The position numbers and the translations under genes are program-made. Below, in pieces: positions 50,421 to 63,199 of a DNA stretch of 64,000 bases (positions within the stretch are counted from its first letter, which is position 1; each line of letters starts with the position of its first letter). The stretch lies in NCBI RefSeq assembly GCF_018977255.1, contig NW_024704742.1, positions 19,966,001 to 20,030,000 of the forward strand, given 5' to 3'. Below the pieces are notes generated by a model, which worked only from the letters and a program-made list of their open reading frames with translations, was not told the origin of the DNA and searched no databases. This DNA comes from Callorhinchus milii (Eukaryota).

Positions 50421-52075
50421 CCAGAGCGCACTTCCCACTTTTTTTGTTGCTTCACGATGCTGCAAGCTACATTTCGGACAGCACAACAGATCATCCAGAT
50501 GTAGGAGCCTTGAAACTCTTGAATGAAATTCCTGATGCCACTTGCCTCCTTCCCTGCCTTAAAGCAGCATGGGGCTTTTACCCCCCGCATGTGGAATACT
50601 GTGAAGAAAATGTCCTGGCACTTTGGAACTGTGTCGCTTTAAATGCACAGAGCTGATTCTACAGACGACAACTGTTACAATCCATCATGGACTACGCTCA
50701 AAATTCAAGTTTGCCGTGTTCACCATGAACTGCTTTTGGTGCATTCTTTAAATCAACCTAGAATCTTTTAAATCCCCGTGCTAGACTTTTCATCATTCTG
50801 GCATACAACCAATTAAAAGCAAAAAAAGTGAAGTCGTTTTTTCTATTAAAAAAAACGCCAAATCATGTCAATTCACTTAATTATGGAACATGTTATATTG
50901 TACACCATACCTATAGGCACCAGGCTCTCAGTGATTTTTCACCTTGCATTGATTTTTTGTTGGGTTAAATACTGCTTTAGAGAGCAACAACTGTTACATC
51001 TCCTTAATTACAGTATTATTTTACACATAACTTATATTTTTTGATTTTAGATTTATAAATTAGTATTTTAAATAATCAAACTGGATGACATTGCAGTGGA
51101 TGGCAGCTCTGGATCCCAGACTTTCGCTGGCTACTTCCCTTTGTTGAAAGTTATGTCCTCTTACTTGACAAAGGGCCACCAAGGCTTCAAAAGATAGAGC
51201 CTTATTTTTTTTATTACTTTATTACATGTTCCAGCCTTTGTAATCTGCAGTAGGTACAAAGACATTAACTGTTAACTATTTCGTGCTACTAGGAATATCA
51301 CTGCATGTCTGTAATGAAGGCTGAAACATTCAAAGCAAACCGCACTCTGCTGCTACTTACACTTTCAGATTACTAAATTGGCAATAGCATTTCCATTGCC
51401 ATTCAGCAGACTCCCAATAGTGAAGGCTGCCTATCTGAGTAGTCCTCAAATGTGAGGAACTGCTCTTCTTGATTATTATTTTTAATTTGTTTCCAATTGA
51501 GCTCAGCTGATCATATTGATCAGTAAATAAACTTAGTTTCAACTGAAAATTGCAGTGTATTCACTGTATTTAAAAACATCAGTGCTTTATTTAACTATAT
51601 CGTAAATAATCATTGTTCATCCCCTCCTTTATATTTGCAGATATTTCATGTTGTCTGTCAGTTATGCATTAGTAATTTAACTGTATTATGCATAATTTGC
51701 CAGTTTCAGTATACAGTAAATGACATTGTGTGCATATAGGCAGGCAAAAAAAATCAGTTATATTGAAGAGTTGCACAAATGATATAAGCCTAACTGTAAT
51801 CGTAGAACATAGAACTGCTAATCTCATTTCAGCAAATCTGTGATGTTATGTGCAAAATGTATGATTAACTGGTGATTTCCTCATACTTTTGATACTACTT
51901 GTACCTGTATGTCTTTTAGAAAGACAATTGGTGGAGTCTGTATCCCTTTTGTATTTTTAATACAATAATTGTACATAATGGTTATATTTTTGTTGAAAAT
52001 GGTAGAAATGTACTATGTTTATGCCTCTACATCCAGTTTATACAGAGCTGGAAATAAATATAACTGAGAAGCTGT
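50421..52075 (+). other. RAPGEF2: RAPGEF2 3' UTR (approximate end)
   Basis: AU-rich segment with no recognisable repeats, following the stop codon and ending at AATAAA 52053-52058 with a GT-rich tract downstream. Confidence 0.75.
52053..52058 (+). terminator. Polyadenylation signal AATAAA
   Basis: GGAAATAAATA at the end of the repeat-free UTR, followed by CTGTTGTTCC. Confidence 0.7.
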
Positions 52076-53929
52076 TGTTCCTTCATCAAACTTCTGAGCA
52101 TATTTAGAGAGATTTACCACACATCTATATAGCAGGGAATTTATTATTCTGGAACAAAATTTAGTCAACTTGCTTCATTATATAAAGCCACTCACATTTA
52201 CTGAAGCTACATTAGTTTGACAAAATCACCATGCAGCTTTATTCAGAGTATTTGTTGGCAGCATTTTTTTTGCCAAACGTATGATGAGCCCGAAAGTTTT
52301 GTCTCATTGGTCACCGTGAAAACCCCAGACACTCAGCGGAAGAAAAATATCAACTGGCAGTGTCCAATCTTGGGTACCTCAGATGAGCTGGCTCAAACCG
52401 TTTAACAATAACAACAACTTGCACTTATATAGCTCCCTTCACGCAGGGTAGCATCTCAGAGCGCTTAACAGTGGCGGAGCCTGACTCTGATTCAACACAT
52501 CAGCGCATATCTCGGTCCCTCATTCTGGTTTAACAGTTCATCAGAAAACAACCTTGCCTTGGTGAAACAGCTGTCAAACCATTTGAATAATTTAAATCTT
52601 TTATATAAGTGGTTTTCTACCTTCCAACCTTCTATAAAATTCTACAATAGAAAACAGTACATGCTATACATTATCAGGACATTTGCAGTTTTCCCAGATG
52701 GAGAAAATACATTGCATGTTAGGTGTTGGTGTGTTTGAATGGTTCAATAAACTGCAAAATATTTTCCCATCTTGAAAACTGCAGTTACTGAACTGGTGGT
52801 AGAAGACCTTCAAGTGACACTTTTATCTGCTTTGATTTTCTAATTCATCTCTCTGACGATGGTGACTCATACTGAAACAGAACAGATGCCAGAATTCCAA
52901 TATCTATTCAAAATAAACATTCTTCCTGTGTGAGACTGACCGTGAGTATCGGCAGACCATAATACATTGAGAATTATTAAGTTGTGTCTTTCAGCTATGA
53001 AATAGTAACTGTTAAACCTACGCATGATAGCTGAAAAATCCGCTGCTGATGAGCAGGAGAGTGGGGAAGAAGCAATGGACCAAAGGCAGGAGAACAGGAG
53101 GTAAAGGCTGAAATATAGAGCTGGAGAAGATTGCATAAGTAGGATAAAAGTGAGAAAAGTGTCGAATTGGGTAAGAGATTGTAATTGCCTCTGAAGGGCA
53201 CAGATCAGACGATTTAGTGATTCAGCCATTGCACAGCACCTGGGGTGGATTCAGACGATATGTACCAAAATAAATATAAGAAAGATCATGGGGATGCCGA
53301 TATTTCATCAACTTTGGCAAGATTCAGGTGACATGGAAGCCAGAATTTTAGGAAAAATGATCCACTAAGTCAGGAGGTGGCTAAAACTACTTTGAAAGAT
53401 GTTATTCTTGCGAAAGTAGTGGACTTAATATTTGCTGGCTTACTAAATGCTACTGATAAATTCTTTGTCTCCATATCGTTTGAAAAATTAGTTATCCACA
53501 GATCAAGGACATATTCTCAGAGGATCAGGTTAGCGATAGAATCCATGTTTAATGAACAATTGTCTAACTATTTAAATGATGAATGTAAAATGAAGGCTGG
53601 CAAGTTTAGGAAAATAATTTTGAGGAAAACTTAGCCGTGTGTACTTTTGAAAAATATTTGTCATCTTTTAGCACCTCTTTACATTTGAAAATCACTTACA
53701 AAAATCTGACAAAGTACTGGTGTGTCTTGCCGAGGAAAACCAATCAGCCTCTTTCTTTGGGCAATGATAATAATTCCAAATGGCTTGTAGTAAATTATAT
53801 CAGGTGAACCAATTCTTCTTATTCCATAGCTGATGTTCATGTATTTGCAGGTTATGGTTGTTTCCAATAATGGACAACAATTCATGACTATTTTGTTTGA
53901 GTACTTCAAGAAATGGAATTGTATTCACT

Positions 53930-54250
53930 TCAAATGCCTCCATGGCCTTGCCCCATCCCATCTCTCAGACCTCCTGCATCCCTACCACTCTCCCTTCACT
54001 TAATGAACACTGACCTGCTTCATGTTACCTCACCACTGGTGTGCAAGCCATTCTGCCCTGCTCTCTGGTACTCCATCCCAGAGTCCCTCTGCCTTTCCCC
54101 ATCCTGAAAGCCAAACCTTAGGACCTTTCCTTTTCGACTGCATTTTTGGTGATCTTCCCACTCCCAGCTTGGTCTCCCAGTCGTCTCTGTGAAGCGCTTT
54201 GAGCACGACTGTCCTGATGGGAAAGGCATTATATAAATATAAAACTGTTG
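53930..54250 (+). mobile_element. Decayed L2 3' fragment
   Basis: CCTCCATGGCCTTGCCCC..CTCTCAGACCTCCTG..CTCTGGTACTCCATCCC..AAGCGCTTTGAG..AAAGGCATTATATAAAT. Confidence 0.65.
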
Positions 54251-55809
54251 AAGGAAATATACCAAGATCAATGTTTATCCATCATCAAATGGAGCAGAAG
54301 AAAGGTTGGTTTAATCTTAAAAGCCCTTGAAAACATGTTATTGGTGAAAAATGAGATAAGAGCAAAGCTTACGAGCTAATTTTCTTTAAGATGTCACTGG
54401 ATAGGACCCTAAATTCATTAACATTGTTGAAATCTAATCTCGAGGAAATCATTGTGAAAAATCAGAGATAGTAGACGTTTCCCATGAGAAAGGTAATCCT
54501 ATGTGTTGGAATATCACAGGAAAGATATCTGACCAAGAAGTTTCCAAAAGGAAGGTAAAGTTGTGTAAAGCAAAAATTATCAAGAGTTGGTTTATTGTCC
54601 GATTATATGCAAGCCACTGCTCAGATACTGGCTTGTTTCCTATTCTTTGGAAATGTTTCTTTTTGTGGGACATCATAGTATGCAAATTGGCTGTTTCGTT
54701 CAAGATACACAGTCGCTACACTTTCCAGTAATTCCTGTGAAACACTTTAACAACTCCTGACATGAAAGGTGCTATCCAAATGCAAGATTGTTAAGGGTTA
54801 TTAATATTAAATGCTTCTGTCTTGTGGTAACCTGTATTAGGAGAAGAAACTGAATGAAAGACAACAACAACAACAAGATTCCATTTATAAAGCGCCTTTC
54901 ACGTCAGGAGGACGTCCCAAGGGAAGATACAAAAGGAAATGCAGTGTGTTAATGTACAGAAGGTTTATTTAAACCATTGGATCAAGGACAGAGTTAAATT
55001 GAACGTTAACAGTCTTTACTGAATGGCCATTACCTTGTTTGAATGGCTATGAACTGATTGTTGCAATGTTATAACTGCAACAAATAACTCTCACAAATAT
55101 ACAATCAATTCACTTTTCAGTATATACTGTGAAGGGCTTTGAGACGTCTAAAAGATGTGAAAATTGCTATATCAAATCAAGGATTATTATTTATTATTAT
55201 TATATATTGTGGACTAAATAATGCATTCGTGGTTCTGCAGATTCTAATCATCCACAGTGTCGTATTCACTTTGTAATAGGTCCTGAATAATTTCATTTTG
55301 TCTTTCATTTTAGACCTTTCCTTCCCAAAATGAAATTGTGAGCACGATCCATCCAGGATAAATTCCATACAAATAGACCTGCTTCCAACGAGGAGTAATT
55401 CAAAACATAAAAATGCTGTAATGACCTCATGTGTTACAAAATGTTAATACCAGAATCAAAGTAGAGAAAGAGACTCTTTAATCTTCTTATAGCACGCTTG
55501 AAATGTATTGAATAATTCAGCTTCATGCTGAACTCAGACTGCATTGCACACGTACATTTGCTCAAATGTACGTGCGTAGACATAGAGAAGTGCTCTGGAT
55601 TTTAGAAGGACCCAGAATATCCAGTGTAGGTGACTACTAGACAACAACGACTCACATTTATACAGCTCCCTTCAAGTGGGTAGGGTCTTGGAGTATTTAA
55701 CAGTGGTGTGTTTTGATGCCGAACTGGAAAGAGAGGTGAAGTGACTGAAGGCACGGTCCAAGAGGAAAGTTGTCAGGTATAGAGGCAGCGAGTACTCTAC
55801 ACAGTGAGT

Positions 55810-58210
55810 TATTTTTTGAAAGTATGTATGTATGCATGTATGTATTTATAAATATTTAGTACAACAGACATCCAAAATAAATAAAACCTCTTCTATTACA
55901 ATTTTTCCCTTTCTCCCAATACAAAAAGCATCCCGTTGTTTACGGTACATTCTTTTACCGCGTGTAGGTTGTACGCACGTTTTTTGGGACGCTCCCTTTA
56001 AAACAGTCAGGAGTCGCCCCTGTGTACACCACATCCATGTGTGCGCCCGCACACACCCTGATAAGGTGACTTGCTGCTTTTGGATGGCGCCCCAATGTGC
56101 ACCATACACGCCCATGTTTACCGTACAGACATTGGTTACATCTCAAGCGTCCTCTGCACCGTTACTTCAGTCAGTTTTGGGTGCACTTGTGGGCTCCCCG
56201 GTGGGTGCGCCCTGAGCGGGTTGTGCCAAAGCGGCTCCTGTCTGGGTCAGGCCCCATCTGGCCATTGCCGTGGTTGAGCCGAACTTCAGCTTGTCCCTCA
56301 GTATATAGTCCCTGATCCTAGCGTCGGCGAGCCTGAGGCAGGCCCTCACCGTAGCCTCGTTCTGCCAGAATAACATCTGGTTTCGGGAATGGCAAAGGGC
56401 CTGCTTTACAGAGGACAGCGTGCTGAGTGGCCCAGACCTTGACCGTGCATTAAAACCCTGAGGGGGAGGCCCCTTGTATTGCCAGCCAGGCCATGTCCTG
56501 ATGGTTGTTGGTCAGGAACGGTGTCGAGGCATATTGACAGACATAACTGGCTGTCGCCTCAGGGTACCTCCCGATCAGGTCTGCCCTTCTCCCCCTTTTG
56601 AACTGTCTCGACTACCTGCTTTGCGGACCACTCGGTGATTGAGTGGGGGTCTGGGATGGTTTTCTTCAGGAATTTCTCAACATAGGATAGTTGCTTCGGC
56701 ACGCTCCAACCATGTGGAACGTTTGGAGGCAGTTCTGCCAGACCCATCCTTCTTAGCACCGGGTACAGGGAGAAACCCAGCACGTGGCGGCATTTGTTGC
56801 TGGCGTAGCCGGGCTCCAGCCACAGCCTCAGGCAGCTACACTCAAAGTTGGCCAAGAGGATCAGGGCTACGTTAGGGAATCCTTTTCCCCACTTTTCTGG
56901 GGTTTTGTGCATCGTGTCTCTGTGGACACGATCCATCTTGGACCTCCAGATCAGTTGGAAGTCCTCTCTGGTGATTGCAGTGGCATTGTTCCTGGTCAAA
57001 GACCAGACCTGGACCACGAACAGTAACACCGAGAGGGCCTCACACTTTATCACCAGATTTCTCCTGATGATGGAGAGTGAGCACTGGCGCCACATCACCA
57101 GTTTCTTCCTCATTATACCTAGACACCCCTCCCAGCTTTTTTGGCGCAGCCCGGCAGCCCCGAACCAGATGCTGAGGACTTTGATGTAGTCTGGCTTCAC
57201 CGCAAATGGGATGTCATTGCGTTCATTCCAGTCTCCAAAATACATCTCACTTTTCTGGCGGTTGATCTTGGCTCCGAGGCTTGTTCAAACCGATCGCAAA
57301 TGCCTAGGAGGCTTGAGACCGATTTTTGGTCAGTGCAAAAGATGGTGACACCATCCGTATACAGGGAGGCCTTGGCTGTGTGTCGTGGCTACCTGGGATG
57401 GTGACACCTCTGATGCTCTCGTCCCTCCTGATGGCCTGTGCAAAGGGTTTGATGCAGCAGACAAACAGGGTGGGGGATAGGGGACATCCCTACCTTACTC
57501 CCGACCTGATGGGAACGGCTCAATCTCGTACCCGTTGATTGCGGCTGCGCTACAGATGTCTGTGTAGAGAAGTCGGATCCACTTGGGTATTCTCTCCCCG
57601 AAGCCCATTTTGCAGAGTACCTCATCCATGTAGCTGTGAGATATCCTGTCAAAAGCTTTCTCTTGATCAAGGCTTATCAGGAAGGCCTTCACCCACCCCT
57701 GTCCTGCACATAGGTGATGGTATCCCTGAGCAGCGCAAGGCTGTCTGAGATCTTTCGGCCTGGAACCATGCAGGTTTGGTCTGGGTGTATTACCCACCCA
57801 AGGACAGTCTTTATCCGCTCAGAGATCACCTTTGCCGGGATCTTACAATCTACATTCAGGGGCAAGATCGGTCGCCAATTCTTTATCTCCTCCTTCTCCC
57901 CCTTTTGTTTGTACAGTAGGGAGATGCTGCCTTTCTTCATAGACTCTGCCGTGGTCCCTGCCTGCAGCATGTTGTTATGTGCCACCAGCAGATCCCACAG
58001 AGCCGAGTAGAGCTCCACCGGGAGGCCATTGCCTCTGGGGGCCTTACCAATCTGGAGGGCTTTGACGGCCCTGGTCAATTCCTCAAGGGAGAGAGTCCTG
58101 TCTAAGTGCTCCAGGCTCTCCTCATCAGCACCTTGGTGAGGGCAGACAGGAAATCCCGGGAGGCCGTGCTCTCTGTGGATTTCTCACAGTATGGGTTGGC
58201 ATAAAAGGAT
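55810..58210 (-). mobile_element. 5'-truncated, frameshifted Tx1-clade (L1 group) non-LTR retrotransposon: RT domain to 3' UTR and A-rich tail
   Basis: Minus-strand ORFs 57689-58078, 57389-57670 and 56559-57245, plus adjacent frames: GKAPRGNGLPVELY, KNWRPILPLNVDCKI, IHPDQTCMVPGRKI, LDQEKAFDRISH, CPLSPTLF, LYTDGV (decayed YxDD), WRQCSLSIIRRNLVIK. Confidence 0.9.
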
Positions 58211-58338
58211 CGGAGCTGTCTGCTGACAATGTGCTGATGGGTAGAGTACTCGCTGTGTAGAGCACTAATAGGGTGTAGAGTAGTACTCTACATAGCGAGG
58301 ACTCTACCCATCAGCACACTGTCAGCAGACTGTTCCGA
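58210..58338. repeat. 58-bp inverted repeat with 13-nt loop at the 5' junction of the Tx1 element
   Basis: Arms 58210-58267 and 58281-58338 match at 52 of 58 positions. Confidence 0.9.
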
Positions 58339-58423
58339 GATGCTATCTGTGTGAAGGATGCTATATAAATCCTGTGCCTCATTACACTTATGTGGCATAA
58401 TTTTCTATGTCTCAATAATAATA

Positions 58424-60798
58424 TTAATAATAATGATTCTTGCATTTGGTGCAGCGTCTTTCACATTAGGGCTGGGGTGGGCAATTATTTTGGCTGGGGG
58501 GCCACTTCACAAGTTTTGGTAAGCTTTGCGGACCACACACTTAATATAGGTGCAAATGTTTAATAGTAGCTCAAAATCAAGTCTTACACTTGTACATGCA
58601 TCACATAAATTCTATGTAATTGACATTCATTAAAATTAGGTTAAATAAAAGCAACTCATTGAGCAGACATTTATTCGATATTTATTAATTTATTCACACA
58701 TTGATGAGAAAGTGAGAAGCTCACTCAATGGGAAGAATGAAACCGCTGATATGCGTTAACCAGACAATTGAAGTCAGGCATCGTCTCTACTGTTGCAATG
58801 CAGAGTACTGCTGCAAGATGGTCATCGGTCATCGCACATCTATGTTTTGATTTATTGAATTTCATCACAGAAAATGTCTCCTCACATATGTACGTTCATC
58901 CTGGCATGAACCTTTATTTTTGGGAAGGTATATTCATTAAGAGAGGCGTAAAAACTGGGAAGCGGCACTGATTTGAATTGCTCCGCAAGCAATGGATCAC
59001 ATTGCAGGTCAATAAGCTCGAGTTAGAGGTCAAATGGGGCTTTGTCAACATCAAATGAGAAAGGTGAAGAGACCAAAGACAGGTCATTTTCAATCAAATT
59101 GAAATCCTGGAATTGGCGAGAAAATTTGGCACGTAAGTCAAGCAGTGACAAACTTTTTAAGGCTTTGATTGCAAACAGTAATCTGCTGCAAAGTTGGAAA
59201 GTGGGCGAACAGCCTGTTTCCTATCTGACGCGATAAAATAAATAATTTCGTCATAAATGACTTGACACTGCAATACAAATCATGCACAAAGGCCCCCTTC
59301 CATTGCAGTTTTGAATTCAGTTTGCTCATGTGGCCCATGATATCAATGGCAAATGCAAAATCAGAGAGCCAATTCGCATCATTCAGTTGTGGGAAATCCA
59401 AATCTTTTTGTTTCATGTCCAAAAGTCAATCTCTGTTCTCAGTTCCCACACTCTTTGCAAGACCTTTCCGAAACTAAGAACAGCGGTGTCCTTGGATTCC
59501 AATTCCTCAAGCAGAGTTACAAATTGCCTGTGGTTTAATCCTCTTGCCTAAATGTAGTTGACCACTTTCGTAACTGTGTCCACGACATTGCTTAGTTTTA
59601 GAACACTCTTACAGAGGACCTCTTGGTGGATAAAGCAGTGTAGAAAAACAATATTCTGTTCTGGATTTGTTTCTTTGACTTGATCTTGAATTCTTTTCAG
59701 TAACCCAATATTTTTGCCTGTCAGATTTGTGCTTCCATCGGTGGTCACATTCACCAATTTTTTCCACTCCACTCCTAATTTTAAGATACAATTATTTACT
59801 GCCTCCAAAAAGTCTTCTCCGGTTGTCATATCTTTCATTGACTGCATTGATGCCAATTCTTCTGTGAGTTCAAAATGTTTGGTGATACCTCGAATAAAAA
59901 TTATCAACTGAGCTGTGTCTTTGACATCACAACTCTCATCGAGTGCCAGTGAAAAACATGCAAAATTGCTTTATTTTGTAACTGCACACTTTTCATTTTC
60001 TTTCTTTATTTTATTTTTTAATTTATTTTTATTTTATTTGGTTTAGTTTCCACCCACACTGGTGAAACAAAATATTTAGAAGTCCATTCTTTGTTGAATG
60101 TTCAGCCTTCAGCGTCCACTTTCTGCTTCTTTGATAAACTCATTTTGAATTAACGTCCTCCTCAGTGAAAAGTATTGCCGTGGTTGCTGCACACGTGTGT
60201 TTGAAAATTTGTCGATCCGTACATTTCTGAGGTCAGCCTGATTCAACATTTAAGGGAGCGTGCGCACAACTAAGCAGTGTGATTGGCTGATGTTCCCGGT
60301 CAGATTCAAATGCAAAATTTGTGCGACTTTCTGGGACTGAACGAACTATAATTGTTTCTATTGCTCGACACAATGATGGGCTGGATAGAATCATTTGGCG
60401 GGCCGGATGTGGCCCGCGGGCCGTCTTTTGCCCCCCACTCCTGCGTTAGGGGAAGTCTCAAGGGGTTTCACAGGATTTTCCGTTAAAGTGTAGTGACTAT
60501 TTCTGGGCAAACATGGTCACCCACTGTCTCACAAATGATCACAAAGAAAATTATCTGTTTTATTCGGGGGATTATTGACCAAGACACCAGGAGAAACTCT
60601 CTTTTCAAATATTGCCGAAGAAGCAGATGAGAGCTTGGTTTAATGTCTTATTCAAACTATGTCATACGTCACCCTGACAATGCAGGGGACTCTTAGAGCT
60701 GCATTTTTAGAGTGGACTATGAGTTCTTGATTTGAAGCTTGAATCCACAGCCTTCCGACTCAAATGCCCTAAAGCTACCACTTGAGCCAGGCTGACAC
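58424..60798 (-). mobile_element. Deu-domain SINE split by the hAT insertion (58424-58471 and 60444-60798)
   Basis: Tail TAATAATGATTCTTGCATTTGG..TTTCACA before the hAT; AGTCTCAAGGGGTTTCACAG..GACACCAGGAGAAACTC..GCTTGAATCCACAGCCTTCCGACTC..GAGCCAGGCTGACAC after it. Confidence 0.75.
58472..60443 (-). mobile_element. Decayed hAT DNA transposon (Charlie/Buster/SPIN-like, GTF2IRD2-type transposase pseudogene)
   Basis: TIRs CTGGGGTGGGCAA / TTGCCCCCCACTCCTG; 8-bp TSD CATTAGGG / CGTTAGGG with central TA; transposase fragments FSLALDESCDVKDTAQLIIFIRG, VTTDGS, LHCFIHQEVLCK, WLSDFAFAIDIMGHMSKLNSKLQ; N-terminal region deleted. Confidence 0.92.
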
Positions 60799-61702
60799 CT
60801 GGTGGTAGAAATGGTGGCTGTAATTGTAATATTAAACCTTGTGTTTGATAACATATCTTATTTTGTCAAATATCTCAAAGAGCTTCACATGATTTTACTT
60901 TGAAGTGTAGTGACTGTGCATTTGTAGACACGGTGTCATGTTATGCATGATGGGTCTTGTCATAGACAGCTCCAGATGTTCCACTAGATTATTCCTTGGG
61001 TGGATTTCGTCGTAGCTGCCAGTGTTGGAATAGATTGGGACTGGGATCTGTGGTATTTTTTTCATGTGGTATTTTTGCTAATTGTGCATCAGAAGTATAC
61101 AAAAGGGCATATGAAGAGTTTCAGGAAACCTGAAACCACAAACTAATTCCTTGTGTAAGATAGTGAGGACCTCTAGTGGTGCAAAACCTAAACCACCACA
61201 GATCAGGTATAAAATCCCTATTGCAGTTCTCAAATCTATCCCACAGTCCTGCCCCACCCTACCTATCTGATATTCTTATGTTTAGTTATATAGTTATGTT
61301 GCTCCACCATACTTTCGCCACCATGTATGTCCTCTGTCCTGTGGAGCTCTCTTCCAAAACCATTTTCACTTCCTATCTATTTTCCTAGCTTCAATAGCCT
61401 CTTAAAAACAGATCTTATAGTTCTCAGTCCTGGCTTGATGTGAACCTATTAAATTTGTCAGGCACTTTGAAACATTCTTTTACTTGAAAAGTGTTATATG
61501 AACGCACATTGCTGCTACAGTGAATAATGACTAACTGTGGGATTGAACTGTTTAAGGGACAAAGTTCAAAGGACAGAGTAATGACTGCCCGAGACAGACC
61601 CTAGAGCTGTGAGAAGTGTAAAATGTGATGCTAATGCTATTTTTTGCAAAGTGCTTATATTGACCAAGGGAACAGATGGTAAATTTCATCTGAGAATGTG
61701 AG

Positions 61703-61818
61703 TAATAATAATAATAATCCTTGGATTTGATATAGCTGTTTATCATGTCTTCGAGACGTCTCAAAACGCTTTACAGAATATACTGTAAAGTGAATTGACT
61801 GTATATTTTGTGGGCGTG
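61703..61818 (-). mobile_element. SINE 3' tail
   Basis: (TAA)5 TCCTTGGATTTGATATAGC..GAGACGTCTCAAAACGCTTTACAGAATATACTGTAAAGTGAATTGACTG. Confidence 0.8.
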
Positions 61819-62262
61819 AGATAACAACGAGGTGAAAATGTATCAGTGGGAATGAGGCGGGGGTTGAAGTAGTTAAGTGGATGGTATTTGGACAAAAGAA
61901 CAGCCATGACATAATTTTTTTTAATAATATAACAATCATTGTTATAACTTGTTATAGTTCCGTTGACTGCAGGAGGACATCTCAAAGCACTTGAGAGGAA
62001 CTTACCGTAAAGTGCAGTGATTGTGTATTTTGTCGGCAAAGTATTTTGAAGCAGAACTAAGGATGGAAGTGGCTTGGGAGGAAGATTTGTGGTTGGAGGG
62101 GCAGTTGATGGTAGGAAAACATTTAAGGTTTCCTTGCCCTCCAAGCTGATCATGGGGTAGGAGGATTTGACTGTGGGAAGGAAGGGATTATTACTCTTTG
62201 ATCGGATCTTTTTACTCATTCTCTGAATATACAATGATACCTTGGATATGCCAGAAGAGGGC

Positions 62263-62540
62263 AACAACAACAACAACAACAACTTGCATTTTATATAGCG
62301 TCCCTCATGCAGGGTATCGTCCCAGAGCGCTTGACAGTGGCCAAGCATGACGTCGAACCGGGACGAGGAGTAGGTGACCGTAGGCACGGTTGAAGAGGAA
62401 GGTCTTCGGGCACGACCTGAAAATGGAGAAGGAAGGGGCAAGGTGGGGGGATAGAGGAAGAGTGTTCCAGAGTTTCAGGGCGTAGTGGCTGAAAGCAAGA
62501 TGGTGGAATAGAGGGACATGCAGGAGGCAGGAGCCCAGAG
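62263..62540 (-). mobile_element. L2 3' end with (GTT)n tail
   Basis: (CAA)7 CTTGCATTTTATATAGCG..CCCAGAGCGCTT, followed by purine-rich sequence antisense to the L2 C-terminus. Confidence 0.7.
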
Positions 62541-63199
62541 GAAAATGTACATGGAGTCTCCTAAGATTGAGGAGAGATATCAGCTTTCAGTGAATTGAGG
62601 GAGGTTCTTCATTTGGCAATGTATCAATTGACCTCATTAAATTTCTGCAGCAAATTTTGCCGAAGCTTTTCACGGAATTGAATTAGGTTAATTGATTCCG
62701 CACAAACCAATACACAAAACAGCAATCCTCTATAAACATGCACATTATTAATTAAACACTGCAAAATTCCACACTTAGCAGAGTCTGCGGAGAAAATGAA
62801 ACAAAAATCCACTTCATCTTTTAAAAGAGGCCACAAGATCACCAGAGGGACAACACAATGATGTGAAACTGGTGCACCACACAATCACTTCTCAGTCCAT
62901 TTAGTTTCATATGTAAAGGATGCAAAAACCCCTGGGAGATTCTGAAACACTGAATTCACTAAACGGGATGTTTGCTGAGTATTGTCACTGTACATTTACC
63001 TGCGGGAATTTCTGGCTTACAAACTTGAAGAGACGGGAGCTCTCTGGACTATCCAGTGAAGTGATACGCAATCTGACCCTGACCTTTTCAATATCAGAAC
63101 GAGCAGTACAATCTCTGTTGATAGTACTGTGTACGTCCTCTGTAATGTAGGTGTCGCTATATTGAAAGTCTTTTATTACTGATAACAACTTAAACATCA

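Noticed and set aside
53377..53909. Short ORFs downstream of the gene (53377-53634 +, 53679-53909 -)
   Set aside because: No recognisable domain and no coherent exon chain; cannot be supported from sequence alone.
55549..55574. Perfect 12-bp inverted repeat CACGTACATTTG-CT-CAAATGTACGTG
   Set aside because: Too short and isolated to assign a function; may be a transposon footprint or chance.
61761..62441. 226-aa minus-strand ORF
   Set aside because: Stitched from an L2 tail, a (CAA)n microsatellite and SINE tails; not a credible single-exon gene.
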